The notes under the pieces were generated by a model. It was given only the letters and a program-made list of their open reading frames with translations, was not told the DNA's origin and did no database searches. From contig NIVC01003928.1 in NCBI GenBank assembly GCA_002269645.1, forward strand, positions 5,340 to 69,339: a stretch of 64,000 nucleotides of DNA, written 5' to 3'. Positions 35,010-46,026 of the stretch are shown here, piece by piece. The stretch is from Macrostomum lignano (lineage: Eukaryota). Numbering within the stretch: position 1 is the first letter of the stretch; each line of letters starts with the position of its first letter. The position numbers were made by a program, and so were the translations under genes.

Positions 35010-35775
35010 GGGTGCTGGTCACTTCGTCAACTGGCGTTTCGTCAAATGGTTGACGAAGTGACTATTTGGCAGGGGTAGGGGTATTTGCTATTGACGAAGT
35101 GACCAAAGTCTAGTGGGTGGTCTTACTGATTGGTCAGTTAACGAAGGGACCGAGATCAACGAACCCCAGTTGACAAAACGAAACAAAAAACTTTGAATAA
35201 GTTTACTCGATGGAAGTGGGTTGGCTATTATTTTTTCTTTTCTTTCTTTCCTCGTTCGAAGTGCATGCCATGTCGAATGCGTTACTCGACGATGCCAAAT
35301 GCGTATAAATTATTAAGCATTTGTTCAGAAGTCTTAATTGTAGTTCTTAAGGTTAATTTTTATTAATTAATTTTAATTACTCAACTGTTTATCATTGTTA
35401 ATTGTTCTTTTTGAAATAGCTTTTCCTTTGTTGTAATGCAATGAATTTTAATATCGCAAAAATTCAAATGTAGAGAATGTAATTAGAAATTTGGACCGAC
35501 TGCAGCAGCAGTGTTGGTGTGGTACACGATTTAAAATTAATTAGCCTGCTTAATCCGCTTCATTCATGTGAGAGTTTACCAGAAAAATTCTTGGCACAGA
35601 TGCAGTCATGAACATATATACATACTACTGCATTGTATAATACGAGTATGTACGTAATGCACAGTTGACGAAGTGACCACGTTTAGAGGTCCACTGATTG
35701 GCCAGTTGACGAAGTGACCCGAGGGCAATAGCTTCCCAGTTGAAGAAACGCCAGTTGACGATTTGACTAGGATCC
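35010..35775. mobile_element. Non-autonomous TIR DNA transposon (MITE), 766 bp, 36-bp TIRs, 8-bp TSD
   Basis: Left end GGGTGCTGGTCACTTCGTCAACTGGCGTTTCGTCAA versus reverse complement of right end GGATCCTAGTCAAATCGTCAACTGGCGTTTCTTCAA (30/36 identical). Flanking direct repeat GCATTAAA at 35002-35009 and 35776-35783. Subterminal TTGACGAAGTGAC repeats near both ends. No ORF. Confidence 0.88.
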
Positions 35776-37375
35776 GCATTAAAAACCCCTTATATTAGTG
35801 GCAAAACTATGAATTTGATCCTATCAAAATGGCAACTATTTATATAAGCATCAAAGTTCAAGAAGTCTCAAAATTTAAGTAACTTTCAATGTGAGTTGGG
35901 TTGTAATTTGAGAGCTATGAAACTGGGGCTGCTTAATCACAGTTAGAAAATGTCAGCTGGTAAATAGCGGCCACAAAAAGTCGGCAAACTAAAACCTGAA
36001 CTGACAAAAGTCGGCTAATGGGTTTCACAATTGCTCTGAAATTTCAGACCGATTACATTCAAAACGAATCGTCTATAATTTTTAACAAAAATTGACCTGC
36101 TTCAACCATCTTTGTAGCAAGTATTAAGCAATTGCTTGGCATCTAATTAGCTCTATGAAGTGACGATTTTCTGAAGTGAAAAAATTAAGATACATCGATT
36201 CATAGTTTGCTTAGCAATGCTCTGATTATTTTTTTGCCCAAAAATAATTGAGGGAGACATTACATATTTTGATGTGTATTGCCTTTCTTATGGCTCTAAT
36301 TGATATTCATAAAGCTTTACGTGCAGAAAGTTAGTATTCTATGTTAATTCTCAGTGTTCTAAATCTACCATTCATACTAATGCTATAAGTGCTAGGATCT
36401 ATGGTTATTAAGACGTCCCAGTTATTAGTCTATGGAAGAGAGCGACATTAACACGCGCTGTATCATGTTGACCGTATTAACCCGATAAGAGGAGAAAGAG
36501 AGCTAGCTAAAGAGGAAATGGAGGCATTGAATGTACTGCTTCTCTTAATTTTACATCTATTATGAAATTAGCCATGGCTGACGCTGAGAGGCAGTATCTA
36601 AAATGTTGTCTCATACTGAACTATAAGGAGCTTTGCCTAGGGATGAAATATCCGGAGTAACCTTGATCACGGAGCTGCATGAACGGAGACGGAATGCAAA
36701 CGGAGCTGAATGCAAGGATCTAATTTTGGTGACTTCATGACGTATCTGGATGCTGAAACTGATGAGAATGCAGTCGACATGTTGCATGGAATGCCTGAAA
36801 GTTCAGAGGCAAATGATGGCCGACTTCGGTAATAAGTTTGTTATCTTTCTTCGCGCAAAAAACCTACAGGCGTAGCGACTTGGCTGACATGGATGATGAT
36901 GGAACGCTATTAAACCAGTATCGGAGAAAATTCTGAGGCATAGCAGTTTTTTTCTGCCCTATTTTGGAATGCGAGCTATCATTACAACGCTCGCGCTGTA
37001 ATAACACTAGCCTTCAAAAATAGTGCAGAAATTATATCATTACGGCTGAACCAATTAGCAAGTTGTTTACGTCGCAAGCTTGTCTTTATTTTTTATAGCT
37101 TATACATCCTCCGGCCTTCTTTGCTACTGAACTGGAAGTAGAAGGGCTGTTTCACTAAGTATTGAATACCTAAGTGAACCAGTCTAGTTATTTCAGTATC
37201 TGTAGTATGCGAGTGCAGAAATATGCTATTTTAACGCACTGTTTCCACTAACTGGCACGTGGCGGTTATATACTTATAAGTTGTTTTACGAGTGTATATT
37301 TTAAATTTTTATTCAAAAAACTAGTTGCGGCATGCGAGTGTTAAGTAAGTGCGACAGTTTCATAATATAAAATAT

Positions 37376-38335
37376 TCAATGATTAGTGTTTATCATATAA
37401 TGCTCATAGCAACAAGTCCTCTGCACTTTGAGCGATGCTACTGATGGGAAAAACACTGAGAGAGGATTCTTGTGCCACTTCCAAGTGCGAAAGCCAAGCT
37501 TAAATAGGCCTCGCCAAATCCGAATCAAGCGCGCATAGTCGCTCTTCTTTTTCACGAGTTCACTAGTGCGCGATTTGAAGATAAGCTGCTTCACATTCTT
37601 CAGGCACCCTTCGTTAAAAGCCTTTTCAAAGCTGGCCCACTCCCAGTGCTCAACGTCGATTTTCAGTATGTCGATCTTTTTGTTCTCGTAGCCCAGCTCG
37701 TAAAACAGCGTGCATAGAGTTCGCATTTTCCAGCCATTGCTGTCCACCTTAGTCTCAGAAGAAATGCCAATTCGATAGAACCTCGATGTCTTCTTCCTCT
37801 GATGGTCGTTCACATTAACCTTGCTTGGATCGAACATGTACACGTTGCAATGATACTTTTCGGCGAGAGTGTCGTCGTACTCCCAAGCATTGTCGATTCC
37901 CAGTGAGAAGGCGACGCACGGCTTGCTCTCCGTGATGTTGAAGGGCCGGATGAAACAGACATCCCAGCCTCCATCGTCGGAATTCCCGATGCGGATGCTG
38001 TAGGGGCAGCGGACGTGCTGCTGCTCCAAAATGCCAAAGTACATGACCTCAAGCTGAGCGGGAGTTAGCGAGGCCAGATTCGTCTTGAGAACAGCAGCCG
38101 CTCGGTTGAAATCTTTCGCTTCGCGGACATCCAGCCAGGAAGAGTGACTTGCCCACCGCTTTGAGGCATCTGTTCCTACTTCAGTTCTTTCAACATCATC
38201 TGTGGCATCGGCCTTAACTGCGCTGCAGCTCAGGCCGAGTCTTCGATGAATAGTGACAATCACGATCAGTGAAGTGATGAATAATGTAACAGAGAGAAAT
38301 GCACTGGGCAGAGAGACCGTATTGGAGACCCTCAT
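37376..38335 (-). CDS. METTL24-like: METTL24-like / Methyltransf_22 (FkbM-related) SAM-dependent methyltransferase with N-terminal membrane anchor, 319 aa, single coding exon
   Basis: Hydrophobic stretch at residues ~10-30; IRIGNSDDGGWDVC, CVAFSLGIDNAWEYD, CNVYMFDPS, IDILKIDVEHWEW, VKQLIF motifs. Confidence 0.82.
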   Translation of the reverse strand: MRVSNTVSLPSAFLSVTLFITSLIVIVTIHRRLGLSCSAVKADATDDVERTEVGTDASKRWASHSSWLDVREAKDFNRAAAVLKTNLASLTPAQLEVMYFGILEQQHVRCPYSIRIGNSDDGGWDVCFIRPFNITESKPCVAFSLGIDNAWEYDDTLAEKYHCNVYMFDPSKVNVNDHQRKKTSRFYRIGISSETKVDSNGWKMRTLCTLFYELGYENKKIDILKIDVEHWEWASFEKAFNEGCLKNVKQLIFKSRTSELVKKKSDYARLIRIWRGLFKLGFRTWKWHKNPLSVFFPSVASLKVQRTCCYEHYMINTNH

Positions 38336-39052
38336 GTTTACTAAAAATCGGTGCCTGTAACTATTTAAGCTTTTTAAAACATGCTTTATTGCTTGCCGTC
38401 GTCTTTTTGTATTCGTTCAGGATAAAAATTGACTTTAATAACACACGAGTGGAATTCTACTTGCTTGGAATGGAATCTCAAGAGTCATACATGTACGTAA
38501 GCACTGGTGTGAGTAGGCTTGTATCAAAAAAATGTTTAACCATGACTTTATCGATTATACAGAAACATAATTCAAAACTTAGTTGCTACAGGAGTTCGGT
38601 TGATACCAACTGCCTCGCATTTTTGCGCAGGTTTCAGGAATGCAACTTTCATGCCTCTGACCCGGTTGACTGCTTTGATTGAGAGTTCGATGTAAAAAGT
38701 ACTTGTGCTTGTATGCTGAACCTATCTTACATGATCTATGAAAGTAAGATGCTGATTAATACCCGTACAGGAACTGTGAAAACAAATATTCCCTGAGATC
38801 ACTGATTGCTTCTATACCTTCTTTGAGGCCTTTTTCCTTCTTTCAAGTTAAGATCGACTTGGTCGGGCAACCAAATCCCCCACTTTGTGTATAAATTATT
38901 ACAAATATCAAATAAACTCAATGCAAGAAGGAAATAGATGTAAACTGATGCCAATCATAGCAGCAGTAATGGAACCTGCAGTTGTATTTATTTTCAATAT
39001 GAATTTCTATATGAAATGCAATTTTGTGGTCGGATTGGATTATCTCCCTTCC

Positions 39053-40682
39053 TTACGCTTCTTCTAGAAGAATTGGTTCTCCGGTGTCTGGACTGGCCAG
39101 CAGAAAGTCGGGACTGTCAGCTGGGCGCTGCAGGCCCCAATGTACCCGCGGGACGCTACAGATGCGACTCTCCAGCGCCTGCAGCAGTCGCGCATCGTCT
39201 GAGAGCGCACTGAAGATGGGCAAGATTGGCTCTGCTGGGCTTCTATCAGCGGTAGAACTGAACTCTCGCGCTCGCTTCGACAGCAGACGATAGAGTGCCA
39301 GCGCCGCGCCTATGGCCACCAGAAGGCAGCCAAGTGTGGCGGCGACTGGAGCCAACCAGACTCGAACTCCGTTGGAAGCCTCGCTGACGCTCTTCCGGCG
39401 TTTATCGCAGAGCTGCCGCCGCAGTGTGGTAAAGTTTGCCGGATCCACCAGATCGGGTCGGCACCTCAGCTTGTTGATTTGCAGTTGGCGCCAACCAGAG
39501 CAGCCTTTCTGCCTGCCGACTGTCATTCATTAGGGCAGTAGGTTCGAGTAGTAAGTAAAAGTTCACTTTTTGGACTGCAGCAGTGTGGATATGGTTTTAG
39601 TTGCTATGGCCAACCTGGTCTCTGCTTAAATATGGAATATGGCCGTGGTTGCTATGGGGAATCCAATTTTGGTTCCCAGGGCGTACTGGAACTCACTTGC
39701 AATTTCGCACTCCTGCTCTGGAGTTTCAGCATCACAATTCCCAGTTGCCGATGATGAGCCACTATGGTTTGACAGTTGTTCAACCTGCAGACGAAATCGC
39801 GCATATTAGAGTTAAACGGGTGACATATTTAATTTTATTGTAGTACAGATTCGATGTAAAAGCAGCTTATAGTTAGCATACCTTCCATCGGTACGGGTAC
39901 TGACACTTCAAGTACTCCGATGGTACCCTGAAGACCAACTGACGCAGCACTGGTTGACCATGCGATGAAACTAGTCGCGTCTGGAAACAGAACGAGTAGA
40001 CATTCAGATCTTATATCTATATACTTTTAGTTGGTTTGCAGGGGCTTCTCGGCACTGGTAAGGTGACAGCGACGCTTTCAAAAGCTCGAGCTTCATGAGA
40101 GCTCAAGTTAGAAAAACAACAAAATTTCTAGCACTACTTCCAGAGATTGTGAGGTGACCGACATGTTTACAGTTTTCGACAATGGGAAAAGTTCGAGCTT
40201 GTGCAGTTTCGAGTTTTTTGAGGGGAATCAGCAAGACCCTTCGACGACTTGAAGTTTTTAGCTGGTAACATTATTTTCTCTTTCGTAATGAGATTCTGTA
40301 ATGCAGGTAAAAGTTCACCTTGGTTGTATTTCCCAGCACAATCCTCATCCAGTGGCTGTCGTAGCTGTTGTAAAACTCGAGGCAAACTTGCCAACTCGAT
40401 GCTGTTGAATTGCTGTTGCTGCTGTCACTGGCAGTTCTTGCTGGCATGAGGATGTGCAGAAATTCTCTTTGGTTGCAGACCATCGCCAGCGGAAGCAGCG
40501 ACTCTGCAAGCCGATGCGATGCAAAAGCAATTTGTTTTTAGTCTATACTGAAAAAGACTGCATGCTTTGCAGTCTTGGAAATTGAACTGCTCACCTTGCA
40601 GACCGTTGGCATTCAATGACAGAGCCGTTAGTAGCAGCAGGCATGGCAGTTGCAGGTCTCTGAGTCCGACTGCTGCCGTCAT
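39053..40682 (-). CDS. Orphan type I membrane protein, ~308 aa, 5 exons
   Basis: Exons 40682..40595, 40503..40319, 39980..39882, 39784..39697 and 39519..39053 total 927 nt, phases 1/0/0/1 all matching, with strong donors (G|GTGAGC, AAG|GTATGC, A|GTGAGT). Signal-peptide-like LPCLLLLTALSL, Cys-containing ectodomain, TM segment VWLAPVAATLGCLLVAIGAALALY, then basic RLLSKRAR. Confidence 0.68.
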
Positions 40683-41079
40683 ATTGTGCAGAGCAGGCAA
40701 TACACGAGCAAGCCCTTAGCCAAATGCAAATGCCTCTTTCGGTGTGCGCTATCTTCTATTTTTATAACCACCAGGCGACACAATTGCGCCGCACTTGCTT
40801 TCTTTTTTCAAGCCTGAGCCGCCAGTACAAACAAATATGTTGAGTTTGCTTGCCTCTCTCTTTCTCTTCTTCTACCTCTTAATTGTGCTCAAGACGCCGC
40901 ACATTGTCAGTCAAACTCTGCAGCAGTTTTATTGGCAGGAGGCATTGACCCGCTGCATCTGGCATCCACACACGCTCAGAAATTCAAACTCCACAGCTTT
41001 CTACATGGTTTGGATAAAATCTCTCTCTAATCTCCCCTGTCTCTCTCCCTCATCTTTCCATCTCTGATCCCTCTAATCT

Positions 41080-41420
41080 CTCTGTGTCTCTCCCACATCT
41101 CTCAGTCTCTCTCTTTCTCTCATCTCTCCGTCTCTCTCTTTCTCACATCTCTCCGTCTCTCTCTTTCTCTCATCTCTCCGTCTCTCTCCCTCATCTCTCC
41201 GTCTCTCTCTCTTTCTCTCATCTCTCCGTCTCTCTACCTCATCTCTGCGTCTCTCTCCCACATCTCTCCGTCTCTCTCTCACATCTCTCCGTCTCTCTAC
41301 CTCATCTTTCCCACCTCTCCCTCATCTCTCAGTCTCTCACCTTCATCTCTCAGTCTCTCTCCCTCACCTCTCAGTCTCTCTCCCACATCTCTCAAGTCTC
41401 TCTCTCATCTCTCCTTCTCT
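41080..41420. repeat. CT-rich low-complexity / degenerate tandem repeat
   Basis: Repeats of tctctccgtctctctc..ctca. Confidence 0.85.
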
Positions 41421-41887
41421 CTCCCACCTCAATCTACAACAATGCAAACGTCAAATCAATAATCGCGGCGCACACCCAGTCCCTCCACTTCCTTCCCTCT
41501 GTACAATATAATACAACAGGCCCCCAAATGGCGCACGAACCAATCTGCCATCAAATTTTAGTCAAGCTGCAGGTGCGGTCCCGTGCAGACACACTGAGCC
41601 AATCTCTTTCCACCTGTCAGGCCACTCCCCAATTGCGGAAGACGCTTCCCAAACGGCCCGCCAAGCAATATTAGGCTGGAGGTACACAAGAGCCACGGAT
41701 ATATGCGCGCACACGTCTGACTCTTGCGGCTTCCGGACTTGAGACGCCATCGCTGCTGCAGAGTCTGAAGTATTTGCCAAATTCAGTTTTCATCATCCTG
41801 GAGTGCTTCTATCCATCGTGTAAGCAACGTCCTTAATAATTGCAGTGGCTGAGCAGTAGGAAGATGAGAACAGTACTGCAGCGTCCC

Positions 41888-42650
41888 CCTCTCTCCCTGT
41901 CTCCGTCTCATCCTGTCTCCCTCTCACCCTGTCTCCCTCTCACCCTGTCTCCCTCTCACCCTGTCTGCCTCTCACCCTGTCTCCCTCTCACCCTGTCTCC
42001 CTCCAACCCTGTCTCCCTCTCACCCTGTCTCCCTCTCACCGTGTCTCCCTCTCACCCTGTCTCCTTCTCACCGTGTCTCCTTCTCACCGTGTCTCCTTCT
42101 CACCGTGTCTCCCTCTCACCCTGTCTCCGTCTCATCCTGTCTCCCTCTCATCCCGTCTCTCTCTCACCCTGTCTCCCTCTCACCCTGTCTCCCTCTCACC
42201 CTGTCTCCGTCTCACCCTGTCTCCCTCTCACCGTGTCTCCTTCTCACCGTGTCTCCTTCTCACCGTGTCTCCCTCTCACCGTGTCTCCCTCTCACCGTGT
42301 CTCCCTCTCACCCTGTCTCCCTCTCACCCTGTCTCCCTCTCACCCTGTCTCCCTCTCACCCTGTCTCCCTCTCATCCTGTCTCCCTCTCATCCCGTCCCC
42401 TCTCACCCTGTCTCCCTCTCACCCTGTCTCCCTCTCACCCTGTCTCCCTCTCACCCTGTCTCCCTCTCATCCTGTCTCCCTCTCATCCCGTCCCCTCTCA
42501 CCCTGTCTCCCTCTCACCCTGTCTCCCTCTCACCCTGTCTCCCTCTCACCCTGTCTCCCTCTCATCCTGTCTCCCTCTCATCCCGTCCCCTCTCACCCTG
42601 TCTCCCTCTCACCCTGTCTCCCTCTCACCCTGTCTCCCTCTCAGCTCTGT
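41888..42650. repeat. 16-bp minisatellite (ctctcaccctgtctcc)n
   Basis: About 47 copies. Confidence 0.95.
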
Positions 42651-43079
42651 CTCTTAAGCGCCATTGCACCAAAAAGCCATCAGCTTGAATAGAATCAGTT
42701 CAACCGAATTCATTATGAGCTCTGCAAAAGCAGAAAAGCTGCTGGTTGGCAATTTCTATCTGAAGGCCTTTTCCGCATGGCTAATTGAGATTGCCATTGG
42801 AAATGATTTATGCTATTCGGATATATTTAGCAAAAATATTGCAGAGCTAGTTTAAAATCAATGATGAGCCTGGATTGCTTGCCTTTTCATTGCAGATAAA
42901 ATTGATGATATTTTTAATGAAAGCGGCTCTGGGAAGAGAGATTAGAGAGAGATCAATATACTGGCATGTATTGCACAGTATGAAAAAGTAAAATGATTGC
43001 TAGTCTAACCAATTGGTGGATAATTTATCATTAGATGCCGTCAAGTATGACGTCATTTTCATAGGCAATCAAATGAGAT

Positions 43080-44120
43080 ATGCGCTGCAAAACTCATATG
43101 GGTCTTTGGTGGGGTTGGCGTCACCACAAAGATTGCACATGCCTGGCGATGGAAAGTCAGACCCGCTGTACACCCTGTGTGCGTGTCGATTATCGCCTTG
43201 CTTTCCGGCAGTGGCTAAGCTGCCCCCCACTGCGAGCTCATCAAGTCCCAGAGCAGATTGATCAAAGCAATTTTGCCTCCTCCTTTCCGAAACACCCAGC
43301 GGTCCTCCCGGATCCGGTCAGCCAGCTGAGCTCTCGGCGCCGCCTGCAGCAGCGGCCGCTGTCGCCCAACAGCCACCGGCTGGCGCAGATCGCTCGCGAT
43401 GTCGATATCCTGCGCCGGCGCCGAGGCCGCAGCCCGCCAGCCGTCGGCTGCGTTCGCGGCCGTGGCCTCGCCTCCGCGCCCGCCGCCGCGCCCTCAGCAG
43501 CCGGGCCGAGCCGCTGCGCTGCGCCGGTTCGCTCGGCGAACTCCAACCCGACAGTCGCACGCGAATCGTCAAGTGGTGCCGAACTCGCGCCCCAATCGAC
43601 GGCGCTGATCTTCGCTGACGGCTTCGCCGGTCCTGCCGATGTCGATCGGTTGCGCGAGCGGGGGTCTCGACGGCAGGCGCCTCAGAGACCGCTGCGGAAG
43701 TCGCCTCTCCCGCCGCCACAGCCGCTGCCGCTGGTGGTCCCGGAGCTGCTGGTTGAGTCCGCGGCTTCCAGCAGTGGCTACAGCCATCGCCGGACGGTTT
43801 CGGCTGTCGCCTTCGAGGCCTCCAGCTCTGCCGCCTTCATTCGCCGGGAGCCGCTGCTCGGCGTCAGGAGGAGTCGAACTGCTTTCAGTTGCCGACGAGG
43901 CGCTGCCGCCGCTCCGGCTGCGACGACACCGCCAGCCTGGCCGACTTCGCCGCAAGGCACCTCAGCCGGCGACTGCCTGCGAGTGTCCGCCGCGCTGCCG
44001 CCGCGTTATCGACGCTGCGCATCGCAGCCATCGGCGGCGGCGGTACTGTGCGAGCTGGCCGAGGACACCTGGGCGCAGCCGAGGAATCCCGTGAATTCGC
44101 CTGAGCCTCCAGCCTACTGA
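43080..44120 (+). CDS. Uncharacterised disordered Arg/Pro/Ala/Ser-rich protein; probably a terminal exon starting at the acceptor at 43257
   Basis: 346-codon ORF in a GC-rich island, with an abrupt switch to AT-rich sequence right after TGA at 44120. It ends in PPAY. No family recognised. Confidence 0.45.
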   Translation: MRCKTHMGLWWGWRHHKDCTCLAMESQTRCTPCVRVDYRLAFRQWLSCPPLRAHQVPEQIDQSNFASSFPKHPAVLPDPVSQLSSRRRLQQRPLSPNSHRLAQIARDVDILRRRRGRSPPAVGCVRGRGLASAPAAAPSAAGPSRCAAPVRSANSNPTVARESSSGAELAPQSTALIFADGFAGPADVDRLRERGSRRQAPQRPLRKSPLPPPQPLPLVVPELLVESAASSSGYSHRRTVSAVAFEASSSAAFIRREPLLGVRRSRTAFSCRRGAAAAPAATTPPAWPTSPQGTSAGDCLRVSAALPPRYRRCASQPSAAAVLCELAEDTWAQPRNPVNSPEPPAY

Positions 44121-45474
44121 AACGCTTTTCATGCTACTTATAAAGCATAAGTAGTGTGTAAGGAGTTTTTTGATACTTAAATTTAACGAAGAAATGCATA
44201 TAAACCTAAACCTAAACATGCGTACATATGTGAAATATTAAAATAAGCTTTATTTAATATGTATTATAATTACTAATTAATAATCACCAATTACTGTAAG
44301 AAAAAAATCTTTGGCAATATATTTCCCAGACGTACCTCAAATTGTGTATTTTTAATTATCATGTATTTTTAATTGTACATAAAAATGAACTTTTAAGTCT
44401 TTAAATATTTGTTTTTTTAAACTCGAGAGAAGATTCGTTTTATTCGTATTGAACTTATTTCAAAAGGCATTTCTTCATAGATTTCATAGAAAACTTGTTT
44501 ACATCTTTTTTTCATCAGTCCATTATGAAACGTTGTATTTTTTCGATGACAGCTCAAGTGAGCACACTGCACCCAATAACTATCTCCAGCCATTTCTGGG
44601 GGCCTCGCAACTGTTCGAGGCATTCTTTCTCGGATTAAACAGGATTAGAAGTTACAAGCTATTCAAGAGACCACAGCTGGGCTCGCGGGGCCACTCAACC
44701 GAGACGGGGCCATCAAAAGTGGCTTTGTGAGGCTGGGCTGCACTGCTGCATTGGTCTGGCGACTTTTGTGTCTGTATTATGCAAAATTTCTATTCAATAT
44801 GACAGTTGAGCTGGCTGCTCCGCCATTGGCCCGGCAGGGCTGGGCTGGCACAGAATATGAGAAGGTGGGAGCGCCGGCGTCTCAGCCCAGCGGGGGGTTT
44901 AAATTCAAGCAAGGCGCCCCAAAGCTCATTAGCGGCCAACTTGCAGCAAAGCATTCGATAGACAGAGAGGCTCTTTCCCTCTCGTACCCAGTTGAAGTGC
45001 CGCGCGCTTTACTCGTAATTGACTCAACAGAGCTGCTCAGCTTAATCCCTTGACAACCTACTTCACACTCTGGTACAGCCTGGGCCCCATTCGGTACTGC
45101 CGGAACTCCAGCAAGCGTTGGCTTAACCAGCTCAGAAGGATAAGAAGAAACAACGAAGGGATCCAACAGCTTTACGAAGGCAGGTAGGAAACTTCCGGTT
45201 CTGTGCACCCCGAGTCCTTTCCGAAGTATTCTCTCTCGAAGACATTCCAAATCTGCATCAGGCGGCTGGCCGGTTTCGCAATGGCAGCCTCAAACTGGCC
45301 AATTCTCATTTTCCCAGCTCTCAATGGAGCGGCCAAACAACACGCACAGGTAGAGGCAGTGAGTAAATGAGAGGCGCTGGAATTTCTGCCAGGCAGCCGC
45401 CCCACCCCAAGTTTGCCAACTGAGTCCGCACTGTTTGTTTGGCCTGCTTGCCAAATGGAAGAAGTTGAAGAGGC

Positions 45475-45507
<33 letters not shown>

Positions 45508-45600
45508 ACGCACCGGGCACTTGTTGGTACGGTATACAATGGTGGGCACTTATTTTGCAATTTTTTTTGACACACGAAAACACGCACATACACACAGTGC
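45475..45600. repeat. (CA)n-containing dispersed repeat member
   Basis: (ca)n-atcacgcaccgggcacttgttgg..gacacacgaaaa matches 17940-18075. Confidence 0.7.
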
Positions 45601-46026
45601 AATGACCTATTAAGTATTTTTAGCATTTAAATGATGAAAAAAAGCATACATTGAAATAAAAAAGCACGTCCCATACTAATAGTATGATCTATTGAAAGTG
45701 AAGGAATAGCATATCATCGTGTAACTATATTGTCCTCAGTCGAGCGAATTCAGCATTACTTGAAATACAAGTCTTCGTTGAAGCCAATCCACATGAAGGA
45801 AAAACTAGTTACAAGCAGTCTATTTACCTTTACCTTTACTAATACGCTATAATGCTGTACGCAATATGCCTGACTAATATGAATAAAAAATTCAATTACA
45901 CTTGCGCTTAGGAAAAAACCTAAAATTGACAGTGAAACTGAAAAACTGAAACGCAAAGATTAGTTAAGCAGATTAAACAAAAAATTCCGGTCGAGCGAGA
46001 AAACAGGAGTCTCGTTATTTAGAGCA

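Noticed and set aside
44882-45549. Minus-strand ORFs of 122-125 aa (e.g. ...RLMQIWNVFEREYFG...)
   Set aside because: There is no recognisable domain, part of them runs through a CA microsatellite, and no convincing splice sites link them to other exons.
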